Of a stretch of 64,000 bases of DNA, positions 48,213 through 58,090 are shown in pieces (the stretch's first letter is position 1; every line of letters begins with the position of its first letter). The position numbers and the translations under genes were made by a program. The stretch is from Candidatus Hodarchaeota archaeon. Its GTDB lineage: Archaea; Asgardarchaeota; Lokiarchaeia; Sigyniarchaeales; SOKP01. The notes under the pieces are model-generated. The model searched no databases and had not been told where the DNA came from. It saw nothing but the letters and a program-made list of their open reading frames with translations. The stretch covers positions 64,001-128,000 of the forward strand of contig JBHLKM010000008.1 in assembly GCA_048886685.1 (NCBI GenBank). The letters are read 5' to 3'.

Positions 48213-50219
48213 ATGCAGGTAGGATTTTATTTTGATCAAACAAGATGTGCAGGTTGTAATGCTTGCAGAGTGGCATGTAAAGATTGGCATGACCAACCAT
48301 CAGGTCCAGCATCATGGATGAGAATAAATTACTTTGAAGAAAGGCCATTTCCGAACGTTTTTGCTTGCTATCTTATATCGAATTGCTATCACTGTGAGGA
48401 ACCTGTTTGTTCTTATATTTGTCCGAATGAGGCAGTAAGTAAAAGAGAGGAAGATGGGATTGTTGTGGTAGACAAAGACAAATGTAGAGAAGAAGTTCCA
48501 TGTGGCATAATTTCAAAAGAAAAAATGGGTCCTAATTATTTATATGGTGAATCTCAAGCTCCTTGTCAAACCGCATGTCCAGTTCATCTCCATATTCCCG
48601 CTTATACTGCTTTAATAGCGAAAGGTAAGTTTAAAGAATCCTTGGATTTAATAAGACGAAGGATGCCATTACCTTCTGTATGTGGTCGCGTTTGTCTTCA
48701 TCCATGTGAAGAAGTTTGTGCTCGAAAAGAAGTGGATCAGGCAATCGCAATAGAAGCGTTAAAAGGATTCGTAGCAGATAATGTATCTGAAGAGCCACCA
48801 AAACGCATAGAGCAAACTCAAACAGAAAAAGTTGCGATAATTGGGTCCGGTCCTGCGGGTTTGGCAGCAGCGTATGACCTTATAAGATTAGGTTATGATG
48901 TTACAATCTTTGAAGCATTGTCCAATGCTGGAGGTATGCTGACCGTAGGAATTCCAGAACACAGGTTACCACGTGATATACTCAACAGGGATATTAACTA
49001 CATTAAAGCACTTGGGGTAGATATCAAGACTAATACTACAATAGATCTAAATCAAGGTTTAAGTGATCTTTTAAAACAAGGATATGGAGCGGTACTGGTT
49101 GCAATTGGGGCTCATAAAGGGAAGAAACTCGATATACCGGGAGCTGATTTAGATGGGGTATTAGTAGGAACCTCATTCATGCGAGATATTAATCTTGGTA
49201 AAGATGTTAATCTTGGTAATAAAGTAATAGTTATAGGTGGAGGAAATGTTGCTATGGATTGTGCGCGTGCTGCCCGTCGTCTTGGTGTTGAAAAGGTAGG
49301 TGTATCTTGTCTCGAATGTTGTGATGATATGCCAGCTGATGTATTAGAAGTGGAGCAAGCTCGTGAAGAAGGAATTGAGATCTATGATTCTCGTACATTC
49401 ACAAAAATTGTAAGTAACAATGGAAAAGTTTCTGGAGTAGGATGTCTTGAGATTACAGGATGTACTTTTGATGATGATGGAGAAGCCCATTTTGATGTGG
49501 TAAGTGATGAAGAACACACTTTAGAGGCTGATACAGTTATTTTTGCTATTGGTCAAGTTCCTGAAGTAAATAATTCTGGGATAATAAAAACCAGCAAGAT
49601 GGGTACTATCACCGCAGATCCTGAGACTTTAATGCTTGAAACTGAAGGAATATTTGTTGCTGGAGATTGTTTTAGCGGCGTGGCAAGTATTATTGATGCT
49701 ATAGCAAGTGGTCAAAAATCCGCATCGAAAATCCATCGTTATCTTCAGGGCGATATACTTAGAGTTAGACCCATTCCAGAAATTCCAGCAACCGATATAA
49801 AAGTTGATATTCCTTCAGACACAGAGAAAAAAGAGCGTCAACCGATGCCAGTTCTATCAGCATCCGAAAGAGTTAACAATTTCAAGGAGGTCACCTTAGG
49901 ATTCAGTGAAGAAGCTGCTATAGCTGAAGCCGAGAGATGTCTTAATTGTGCAGGCCACTTATGTAAAGATGCTTGTCCCTATTCTGCTCCTCAATTTGTT
50001 GAGGAAGAAAAAGCAAGGATGCAAAAATGTAATTATTGTGTTGATAGATTTGATATTGGAAAACAACCTATATGTGTTGAGGCTTGTTATGCACGTGCTT
50101 TAGATTCTGGTACATTAGAGGAATTAAGGTCAAAATATGGAGATATTAAAGAATCACCGGGTTTTTCTTATTCAACAAGTGCTAAACCAGCAATTATTTT
50201 TAAACCAAAAAAGAAATAA
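48213..50219 (+). CDS. DmsB-like Fe-S subunit with an inserted GltD/SudA/NfnB-type FAD/NAD(P)H oxidoreductase
   Basis: DmsB N-half (FDQTRCAGC...), GltD block (APCQTACP, CGRVCLHPCE, GSGPAG, GGGNVAMD, AGD, ERCLNC), DmsB C-half (CKDACPY...KCNYC...CVEAC). Confidence 0.9.
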   Translation: MQVGFYFDQTRCAGCNACRVACKDWHDQPSGPASWMRINYFEERPFPNVFACYLISNCYHCEEPVCSYICPNEAVSKREEDGIVVVDKDKCREEVPCGIISKEKMGPNYLYGESQAPCQTACPVHLHIPAYTALIAKGKFKESLDLIRRRMPLPSVCGRVCLHPCEEVCARKEVDQAIAIEALKGFVADNVSEEPPKRIEQTQTEKVAIIGSGPAGLAAAYDLIRLGYDVTIFEALSNAGGMLTVGIPEHRLPRDILNRDINYIKALGVDIKTNTTIDLNQGLSDLLKQGYGAVLVAIGAHKGKKLDIPGADLDGVLVGTSFMRDINLGKDVNLGNKVIVIGGGNVAMDCARAARRLGVEKVGVSCLECCDDMPADVLEVEQAREEGIEIYDSRTFTKIVSNNGKVSGVGCLEITGCTFDDDGEAHFDVVSDEEHTLEADTVIFAIGQVPEVNNSGIIKTSKMGTITADPETLMLETEGIFVAGDCFSGVASIIDAIASGQKSASKIHRYLQGDILRVRPIPEIPATDIKVDIPSDTEKKERQPMPVLSASERVNNFKEVTLGFSEEAAIAEAERCLNCAGHLCKDACPYSAPQFVEEEKARMQKCNYCVDRFDIGKQPICVEACYARALDSGTLEELRSKYGDIKESPGFSYSTSAKPAIIFKPKKK

Positions 50220-50295
50220 GCAAACCAATTCTTTTTATTTTTTTTTCTTTTTTATTAATTATTATATTTTTAATATTTTAGGGGACTATTTAGAT

Positions 50296-51453
50296 ATGGA
50301 TGAAGAAATCGAAATTCATGGTTTTTGTGATGAGAGGTTAACGGCTGTAAAAGAAGCCTTTACCAAAAATTTCAAAGTAGATGGAGATGTTGGAGCTAGT
50401 TTTGCAGCTACTCTAAATGGGAAGTTTATTATTGATATATGGGGTGGTTATACTGATGAGGCTAAATCGAGACCTTGGGAAGAAAACACCATAATAAATG
50501 TATATTCAACAACCAAAGTGATGACTATAATATGCGCACTCATGTTAGTCGATCGAGGATTACTCGATCTTGATGCTCCCGTAGCTACGTACTGGCCAGA
50601 ATTCGCGCGAAACGGAAAAGAGAAAATTTTAGTTAGACAAATTTTCAGTCATTCTTCTGGTTTAGCTGGATGGGAAGAAAAAATTAGTGTCGAAGATCTT
50701 TACAATTGGGATAAAGTTGTTAACTTACTAGCTGCTCAAAAACCATGGTGGGAACCAGGAACCAAGAGTGGGTATCATGGTATTACACATGGTTATCTTT
50801 TAGGGGAGTTAGTTAGGCGTATAACTGGTAAATCTTTAGGTACTTTTTTTAAAGAAGAAGTAGCTGATCCACTCAATGCGGATTTCCATATTGGTTTTGG
50901 CAAAGAACATGATAAAAGAGTAGCCGATTTAATACCTTTTAAAGCCCCTCAAGAGGGTGATCTAGGTTTTGGAGATACCGATCCTAATTCTATTTTTAAT
51001 CGTGTTTTTTCTAATCCTGAGTTAACGACAGAACATATAAAAACGAGAGAATGGCGTGCTGCTGAAATTCCTGCAGCAGGAGGACACGGAAACGCAAGAT
51101 CCATAGCAAGAATCGCATCAACTATTGCATGTGGTGGTGAAGTGGATGGTGTTCGAATTTTAAAAACGGAAACAATTAAAAAAGCAATGGAAGAGCAAAA
51201 TTATATGAAAGATCTTGTTTTGTTAATGCCAATTCGATGGGGTCTTGGTTTTGGAATTCCAAGTAAAGAGATACCTTACCCATCCCAAAATACAGTATGG
51301 TGGGGTGGAGCAGGAGGAAGTCTAGTCGTGATGGACTTGGATAATAAAATAAGTCTCTCTTATGTAATGAACCAAATGAAAATGACGACAATGGGAGACA
51401 GGCGAACTGCTAGATTAATAATGTCTCTGTATGCTGGCTTGAATAAAATATAA
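50296..51453 (+). CDS. Beta-lactamase-family serine hydrolase (family VIII esterase-like)
   Basis: YSTTK (SxxK), PWWEPGTKSGYH, WGGAGGS; ATG at 50296 (the ORF-track extension runs through a terminator). Confidence 0.92.
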   Translation: MDEEIEIHGFCDERLTAVKEAFTKNFKVDGDVGASFAATLNGKFIIDIWGGYTDEAKSRPWEENTIINVYSTTKVMTIICALMLVDRGLLDLDAPVATYWPEFARNGKEKILVRQIFSHSSGLAGWEEKISVEDLYNWDKVVNLLAAQKPWWEPGTKSGYHGITHGYLLGELVRRITGKSLGTFFKEEVADPLNADFHIGFGKEHDKRVADLIPFKAPQEGDLGFGDTDPNSIFNRVFSNPELTTEHIKTREWRAAEIPAAGGHGNARSIARIASTIACGGEVDGVRILKTETIKKAMEEQNYMKDLVLLMPIRWGLGFGIPSKEIPYPSQNTVWWGGAGGSLVVMDLDNKISLSYVMNQMKMTTMGDRRTARLIMSLYAGLNKI

Positions 51454-51463
51454 AATTTATTAT

Positions 51464-52645
51464 TTATATATTTGCTAATTGATTACTTAAATCTATAAGA
51501 CCCATAGCAATCTTAGCTGTTTTATTAATATCCACAGCATGGGGCCACCGATCATTAGGATGATGGAAGAATTGATGGTTTGTATCAATAATTGAAAAAT
51601 ATTCACCTCCTCCTTCAAAAATGTTTTGAGCTTCTCCCCATGGCCTCCTTTGTCCAGGGACGCTCCATTTTGGAATGATTCTAAATTTTTTCAACGCTTC
51701 AAGAGCCAAATTTTCAATTTCTGAATTAGAAGACTGAATTATAACAGTGGGGATAAGAACTCCGTCCTGATCTATTTGGGGTAAGGTTGATAAGTTCGCT
51801 CCTAGGTGTATCCAACATGAAACATTTTTTATCAAACTTGAATTTTTTTCCAGATAGTTATCAAGTCCCAGATGTCCTAATTCATGACCTGAAGTAGCCA
51901 AAAAAATAATATCTCTTTTTGGTAAATTAAAGTAGAAGTTACGCAATATTTCTAAAAAAATTGCTATTCCTCCAGCTCTTTCTGACGCACAATTCCACCA
52001 TCCGCTTCGTGGGGTCATTATTACCATTGGATTTAATTTAGAATCTTTTCCGTTCAATCGAGAGACTATATTGAATGCTTTTGTATTCGTTTTCTTAATT
52101 TTAAAATTTAAAATTGCTTCATTTCCTAAATTTGAGGTTATCCATTCCAAATACCTACCTGAAATCTGTAAAGTTGGTGGTCCAAAAGGTTCTTGGAAAT
52201 TTACAGCATTAATAAGCGAAAGTCCAGGAGTATTTCCCTCAGTTACAAGGACCAATCCTAAATGTCTATTAATCTTTCTTATCTTGTCTAACTTTCTTAT
52301 TGTGTTATTATTTACACGTGAAATGCCAATAGTATTCTCATTTTCAATTTTTCCTAATTTACCCTTGATAAACTCTTCATTTGGGACTATACAATCAAAA
52401 AGAGGTACACCATCTATTTTTTTATTATTAATCTCTAATGAAGCTTCATTAATATCAATTCTATTGAATATAAATTCCTCCATCTTAGGCTTAAGTCCTA
52501 TTTTTTTTATTTCATCACATAACCAATAAGCGCTATCAGAATCAACTTTGGTTCCTGTACGATGGATTCCTTGATTATCATAATCTTTAATAATTCTATT
52601 TATACGTTCTTTTAATTCTTGGATTTTATTAGATTTATTAGACAT
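51464..52645 (-). CDS. Zn-exopeptidase (M28-like) superfamily protein
   Basis: HRTGT..D, TPRSGWW.CASERAGG, TSGHELGH, FHHPND. Confidence 0.65.
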   Translation of the reverse strand: MSNKSNKIQELKERINRIIKDYDNQGIHRTGTKVDSDSAYWLCDEIKKIGLKPKMEEFIFNRIDINEASLEINNKKIDGVPLFDCIVPNEEFIKGKLGKIENENTIGISRVNNNTIRKLDKIRKINRHLGLVLVTEGNTPGLSLINAVNFQEPFGPPTLQISGRYLEWITSNLGNEAILNFKIKKTNTKAFNIVSRLNGKDSKLNPMVIMTPRSGWWNCASERAGGIAIFLEILRNFYFNLPKRDIIFLATSGHELGHLGLDNYLEKNSSLIKNVSCWIHLGANLSTLPQIDQDGVLIPTVIIQSSNSEIENLALEALKKFRIIPKWSVPGQRRPWGEAQNIFEGGGEYFSIIDTNHQFFHHPNDRWPHAVDINKTAKIAMGLIDLSNQLANI

Positions 52646-52731
52646 AATTAAAGACTTTACCTTTACTATTGGGTATTATTTCACAAAGAAATAAAAAAAT
52701 ATAAAAAAAAATTTAAGATATTTTCTATAAA

Positions 52732-54045
52732 TTAAAGAGCTTCAACTACAGAAGCAATGCCTACGCCGAAACCGCCACACATTAATTGTACGCCATATTT
52801 TTTATTGTAATTCTTCATGTAATGCACCATTTCAGTAAAGTAGATTACTCCACTTGCACCGATAGGATGGCCTATAGCAATTGCACCTCCAGTAGGATTA
52901 ACTCTCGGATCATCAAATTCATATCCAAAATTTTTTGCAAAAGCCAAACATGGGCTTGCGAAGGCTTCATTAGGTTCGATTACATCCATATCATCTACTG
53001 TTAGTTCTGCTCGATCCAATGCTTTTCTCATCGCAGGAATTGGTGCGAGCAACATGATGATTGGTTCTCCTCCAGCAACGGCAGTAGAAAGTATTCGTGC
53101 CATTGGTTTTAACCCAAGCTCATCTGCTTTCTCTCGGGACATTAGTAATGTTGCAGCTGCTCCATCAACTATTTGTGAAGAATTTCCTGCAGTGGTTTTA
53201 CCTCCTTTCTCAGCAGGTCTGAATACTGGTTTCAGCGATTTAATCATCTCCCATCCTTTTTCTGGATCATCTAAATAAATAGGTCGCACAGTCTGGTCTT
53301 CGGAAATCGTAACCTCCTCAACTTTTTGCTTCCCAGTGTTTTCATCCATAATTGGTTTCATATTTTCATCTATATATCTTCTCAGATAAGTTACTGGTAT
53401 CACACGGTTGAAATACTCTTCTTTATTGCGCATTGCCTTAGTAGCTTTCTGATGACTCCACATACCAAATTGATCTAATTCTTCCCTTGTAAAACCATAT
53501 CTATCATTAATCATCTCTGAAGAAACCCCTTGAGGGACGATACTTCTCATAGGTTCATTAGCCCATCTTGGAGACGTTATCATGGGATAGTTTGGGATCA
53601 TTCTAGTTATTTGCATATCTGAACCCATCGCATAATGCGTCATTGACTCAACACCCGCTGCTATACAAATATCACCATCACCCACTTTAATCGCGTTAGT
53701 TACAGTGTTAACAGCTTGAAGTCCCGCATTACAGTATCGATTGACAGTTGCTCCCGCTACTTCTTGTGGCAATCCTGCTAGCATTACTGCTATTCTAGCG
53801 ATATTTCCTCCTTGTTCACCTAATTGGGATAAACATCCTACATGGCAATCCTCAATTTCTTTTGGATCAAATTCTGGACACTTTTCTTTTGTTCTATCTA
53901 CAACTGCTCTTAAAACTGTTACCAATAAATCTTGAGCAGAACATTCCCGAAATGCTCCTCCGAGCTTTCTCATTTGGGCTCTACCCGATTTTCCAACCGG
54001 TGTTCGAACAGCATCAATAACTACACATTCTTTTAATTCTGTCAT
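52732..54045 (-). CDS. Thiolase (acetyl-CoA C-acyltransferase)
   Basis: DAVRTPVG, NRYCNAG, NEAFA, GGAIAIGHPIGASG, MCGGFG. Confidence 0.95.
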   Translation of the reverse strand: MTELKECVVIDAVRTPVGKSGRAQMRKLGGAFRECSAQDLLVTVLRAVVDRTKEKCPEFDPKEIEDCHVGCLSQLGEQGGNIARIAVMLAGLPQEVAGATVNRYCNAGLQAVNTVTNAIKVGDGDICIAAGVESMTHYAMGSDMQITRMIPNYPMITSPRWANEPMRSIVPQGVSSEMINDRYGFTREELDQFGMWSHQKATKAMRNKEEYFNRVIPVTYLRRYIDENMKPIMDENTGKQKVEEVTISEDQTVRPIYLDDPEKGWEMIKSLKPVFRPAEKGGKTTAGNSSQIVDGAAATLLMSREKADELGLKPMARILSTAVAGGEPIIMLLAPIPAMRKALDRAELTVDDMDVIEPNEAFASPCLAFAKNFGYEFDDPRVNPTGGAIAIGHPIGASGVIYFTEMVHYMKNYNKKYGVQLMCGGFGVGIASVVEAL

Positions 54046-54051
54046 TTTTAA

Positions 54052-55206
54052 TCACTCTATTATAATATTTTCTTCTTTTTTTACTTTATTTGGTAAATTT
54101 AAAATTATTTCTTCTGCTTCAGTCATTATACTTTGAATTAAATCATGAACCGTTGGTATTGAGTGAATTCTACCAGTAACAACACCTGCGTTCATAAGAC
54201 TTTCATTTTCATCCTCATCTACTAGTTTTCTGAAACCCTGCTCTTCTAAAATACGGATTTCATTAGTAGATGGGCAAGGTTTTCCACGATAAAGATCTGA
54301 AGCTCCCTTTATTGTTTCATCTACAACTTCGAGAGAGGCTTGGTTAATTAAGAACCTCATAGGACCAAATATTCCCCTCCCAACAATCGTGTCGAATTCT
54401 GTAGCTTTTACAAGCTGTTCTTTCCACATTTGCTCAAAATCTCCTTCTTGAGTAGCGATAAACCTCGTTCCCATTTGAATCCCTATAGCTCCTAAAGCTA
54501 GTGCTGCAGCTAAGGATGCTCCATCAGCAAAACCTCCGGCACCAACAACAGGTAAATTAACAGTTCTAACTACCTCTGGGAGTAGAACCATCGAAGACGT
54601 GTCTCTCCAAGCGCAATGAGCTCCGCCTTCCCTTCCTGATGCAATAATTATATCTACACCAGATCTTTCAGCCCTTTTTGCTCCCCGAACATTTGGGCAG
54701 ACTTGACACCATATTATTGAAGGTAATTCATTCTTAATTTCAAAGAATGCTCTTTTTGAACCCTTTTCTCTCGCATTTATAGCCCAAGGAAGGGGATCAC
54801 CAGCGGAAGTCACCATAACTTTTAATTTTTTCTTCACTTCAGGGTTTTCTTCAAATATTTCTTTAACTGCGAACATGAATTGTCTTGAGACCATAGTAAA
54901 TTCTTTAGCAATTGGGATGTTAACACCAAATACTGCCTCTGGATAATCTTGGAGTTTTTCATAAACGTATCTTATCGTCTGTTTGAGGACATTTTTAGCA
55001 CTTCCTCCTTCCCCAAAATTGAGTTTTCGGTCTTCTTCAGGTATAAAGTTCACATCTGGTCCCGCCATACCAATTGTTGAGATTAAACCTAATCCCCCTT
55101 CTTTAGCTACAGCGATACATAGTTTTGTTGTTGCGTAGGGCCCCATTCCTGCCTGTATAATAGGATATTTCGTCCCAATTATTTCTTGGAATTTTGTTAG
55201 TATCAT
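54052..55206 (-). CDS. FabK/nitronate monooxygenase-like FMN oxidoreductase
   Basis: KYPIIQAGMG, GREGGAH, AGGFADG..LAAALALGA.GIQMGTRF; 6 bp upstream of the thiolase. Confidence 0.9.
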   Translation of the reverse strand: MILTKFQEIIGTKYPIIQAGMGPYATTKLCIAVAKEGGLGLISTIGMAGPDVNFIPEEDRKLNFGEGGSAKNVLKQTIRYVYEKLQDYPEAVFGVNIPIAKEFTMVSRQFMFAVKEIFEENPEVKKKLKVMVTSAGDPLPWAINAREKGSKRAFFEIKNELPSIIWCQVCPNVRGAKRAERSGVDIIIASGREGGAHCAWRDTSSMVLLPEVVRTVNLPVVGAGGFADGASLAAALALGAIGIQMGTRFIATQEGDFEQMWKEQLVKATEFDTIVGRGIFGPMRFLINQASLEVVDETIKGASDLYRGKPCPSTNEIRILEEQGFRKLVDEDENESLMNAGVVTGRIHSIPTVHDLIQSIMTEAEEIILNLPNKVKKEENIIIE

Positions 55207-55477
55207 TTTTATTCATAAATTTAGTTTTTTCAAAAAATTATCAATTCAAAATGTATTTAATTAAATAAATTTTATACTGTTTCTGTATAAAAACTTTAAA
55301 CTTGTGATGACTATATTAATCCTAAAAATTTTTAATCTAGTCTCTTGAACTTTAACTCACTGTATAGAATTTCCATTTAAAAAAATAAGAAATTTAATAA
55401 AAAATACGATTCAAAATGTAATTATATAAATCTTGCTTATAAAAAAGCATAGTTTATACAAATAGTGACTAAATTTC

Positions 55478-56368
55478 ATGGTATTAGAATCTAAAAAATT
55501 AAAATTCTATGCTGATGTTTTTGCCTGGTTTCCTAATAGGCAAATCAAGAAAATCTCAACAGGAAATGGGATTTATTATCAACCTTGTATTCATCCTAAA
55601 GGAACACATGTGTTATATAGTGGAAATTCATCGGGAGTACCGCGAATATGGAAAGGAAATCTCATTACTGGAGAAGTTTCTCCTCTATCTCCAGCAAATT
55701 CGGGAGCACGTCATCCAGTTTTTTCATGGGACGGAAAAAAAATAGCCTTTGCATCAGATAGAGCTTCAGATCAAAATCCTGAGCAAGTGAAAGATATGGG
55801 TCCTGATGGAGCTCCACCTCGAGATTTAACTTTAAATATCTTCATAATGGATGCTGATGGTACAAATGTTACTCAATTAACTTCTGGCTCATATCAAGAT
55901 CAACGTCCATGTTTTAGTCCCGATGGTAAAAAAATTGCATTTGTGTCTACTCGTTCAGGCCCATATCCAGACCTTTGGGTGATTCCAAGTGATGGAAATA
56001 CAGAACCTCAAAAATTATTAAAGCAGGGATGGGGTTATCGTCCTTGGTATTCAATTAATGGAAAATTAATATATTTCTTCACAGGCATTAACAATAGGCA
56101 TCAAATCTGTCAAATATCTTCTGAAGGAGGAACTCCTATACCACTAGTCAATGACGACCAGGGAAAAAGTCATGGTCCTTTCTCAGATCCCGGTGGTGAA
56201 TATCTTTTGATGCATTCTACTCGCGGAGGAAGCTGGGGAATATGGGAATTACCCCTTGATGGAAGCCCACCTCGTTCTCTTCAACCTCCTGGATTTCAGA
56301 ACGCTACACACCCAACTAAAGCGAAGAATGGTAATATTACTTTTGATGTTGTGAGGTATAAGAAATAA
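55478..56368 (+). CDS. TolB-like beta-propeller (PD40 repeats), no signal peptide
   Basis: HPVFSWDGKKIAFASDR and RPCFSPDGKKIAFVSTR repeats. Confidence 0.87.
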   Translation: MVLESKKLKFYADVFAWFPNRQIKKISTGNGIYYQPCIHPKGTHVLYSGNSSGVPRIWKGNLITGEVSPLSPANSGARHPVFSWDGKKIAFASDRASDQNPEQVKDMGPDGAPPRDLTLNIFIMDADGTNVTQLTSGSYQDQRPCFSPDGKKIAFVSTRSGPYPDLWVIPSDGNTEPQKLLKQGWGYRPWYSINGKLIYFFTGINNRHQICQISSEGGTPIPLVNDDQGKSHGPFSDPGGEYLLMHSTRGGSWGIWELPLDGSPPRSLQPPGFQNATHPTKAKNGNITFDVVRYKK

Positions 56369-56387
56369 TAAAGTGGTTTAAAACCTA

Positions 56388-57512
56388 TTATTGTTTAATT
56401 ATGACTCTATTACTAGCTTTCTCTTGTACCACTTTTTCTCCAATGATAGCTATCCTCCTTGATAATTCAGAGATTTTCCATCTTTCATGGTCTTTCACAT
56501 ATGTACAAAAAGTGTCCTGCAAAGGATCTTTCCATTTTCCAGGAATTTTATCAGCTCCATATATGACACCCATAAGTGCTCCGATATTACCACAATTACA
56601 ATCAGTATCATAACCCATCATTGCTGCAATACAAATAGAGCGACCAAACGGATCCTCCTTATCTTGAGCCCCAAATAGAAGTGAAAGTATTATTATTCCG
56701 ATATTTGGTAATGTATGAATCATTGCTAAACCTGTATTTAGGATGATACGCCTTACTAAATCCCTTTGGAAAACTAAAGATGAATCAAGCGTTTTATTTA
56801 CCATTTCTTCAATCCAATATTCCTTAGTTAAAATCTGTCTTGCCGCCCTAAAATCGGTCTTATTATTCTCATAAATATCGATTGCCTTCATTACCATTTG
56901 AGTATATAAACTATCCTTTTCAGGAGGGATGTATTTAAGGGCATTATTGATGTTCTTCCTTATATCTGATTCAAAAAAAGCTTGAGATATCAAAACAGCA
57001 AGAAAGACCTCTCCTTCTATCCCAATTCCCGCGTGAGAAATACAGCCATCAATTTCAGCGTATTCTTTAGCTATTTCTGGGCATCCTGGAGTAATTTGTC
57101 CCCAAATATCGGCTCGCATCTGAGCTCCTATAAAATCATAATAGAAATTATTAAGGATTCCAGATTTAGGTGGCAAGATTCCAGCTTCAAGATTATCATA
57201 TGCAATTTTTTCGGCAGTAAAGATATTATCTCTTCTACTGAGAAGGTTTAACCATTCTTGACCAATTTGCTGCGAAGTAATATTAATGCCATACTTTTCC
57301 ATAGCGAGTAAAGCAACAATTTCATACATCTCGTCATCGTTTACATGATTTAAATCTATTGGTTCAGGATAATCTGTTATATCCCCATATTTACCCAAAA
57401 TTTCTTCGTAACCTTTTCCCTCTACTGGTGCACCAACAAAATCCCCAGTAACTCTACCAATCCAGGACCCTAAAACTCTATTATAATATTCATTCGAACT
57501 TAATTCCATCAT
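56388..57512 (-). CDS. ADP-ribosylglycohydrolase family protein
   Basis: G...GD..GAPVEG, NDD, IGAQMRAD, GYDTDCNCG. Confidence 0.9.
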   Translation of the reverse strand: MMELSSNEYYNRVLGSWIGRVTGDFVGAPVEGKGYEEILGKYGDITDYPEPIDLNHVNDDEMYEIVALLAMEKYGINITSQQIGQEWLNLLSRRDNIFTAEKIAYDNLEAGILPPKSGILNNFYYDFIGAQMRADIWGQITPGCPEIAKEYAEIDGCISHAGIGIEGEVFLAVLISQAFFESDIRKNINNALKYIPPEKDSLYTQMVMKAIDIYENNKTDFRAARQILTKEYWIEEMVNKTLDSSLVFQRDLVRRIILNTGLAMIHTLPNIGIIILSLLFGAQDKEDPFGRSICIAAMMGYDTDCNCGNIGALMGVIYGADKIPGKWKDPLQDTFCTYVKDHERWKISELSRRIAIIGEKVVQEKASNRVIIKQ

Positions 57513-57572
57513 AAAACAATCATCTATTCTTTTTATTCTTCATATCCTTCATTATTATTGTTTGTCATATAA

Positions 57573-58058
57573 TTAAGGCGCAAAGCTTGAGCGCATCTTT
57601 ATACCCCAATGCCCTTCTTGATTAGTAATAATCCAAAGGGAAGGAAAAACACCTATTTTACTACCATCATTTCTGTATCGTGAGAATTGAATTTGGAGAT
57701 GTACTTTATTTGGATCGCTTTGAATCACACGACGATAATCCCAACAACTGTGATTCCACCCATATTCATTTATGAACCATTCGAAAAAATTTTCGTTTGA
57801 GATTGGGGGTTTTTCAGTAACGATTAATTTTCCCCCTTTCCCGACACGAGCGTGAGGGAAATTGCACGCATCTGAACAGCCATTGTTATCTTGGTTATTA
57901 AAATTATTCATGAAAGATATAGCAGTTTCAACTGCCTTCTCTTCAAACTCATTGTTCACGACTGTTAAAACTTTTGTTGTTTCAAGACAATCCTCTGTTA
58001 TTTTTTCTATAGTGATTAGTTCTTTAGGATATTGATTATTATTCTTTTCATGGCTCAA
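57573..58058 (-). CDS. NTF2/SnoaL-like hypothetical protein
   Basis: FMNNFN..D, NFPH.R, GW.HS.W, KVH....FSRYR.DG, SLWIIT...GHWGI..RSS. Confidence 0.65.
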   Translation of the reverse strand: MSHEKNNNQYPKELITIEKITEDCLETTKVLTVVNNEFEEKAVETAISFMNNFNNQDNNGCSDACNFPHARVGKGGKLIVTEKPPISNENFFEWFINEYGWNHSCWDYRRVIQSDPNKVHLQIQFSRYRNDGSKIGVFPSLWIITNQEGHWGIKMRSSFAP

Positions 58059-58090
58059 TTTTATTCACTAATTTATTATATAAATATAAT

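Noticed and set aside
50137-50295. 53-aa N-terminal extension of the serine hydrolase in the ORF track
   Set aside because: It overlaps the upstream gene end and crosses its T-rich terminator (reads FYFFFFF); ATG 50296 fits the family start.
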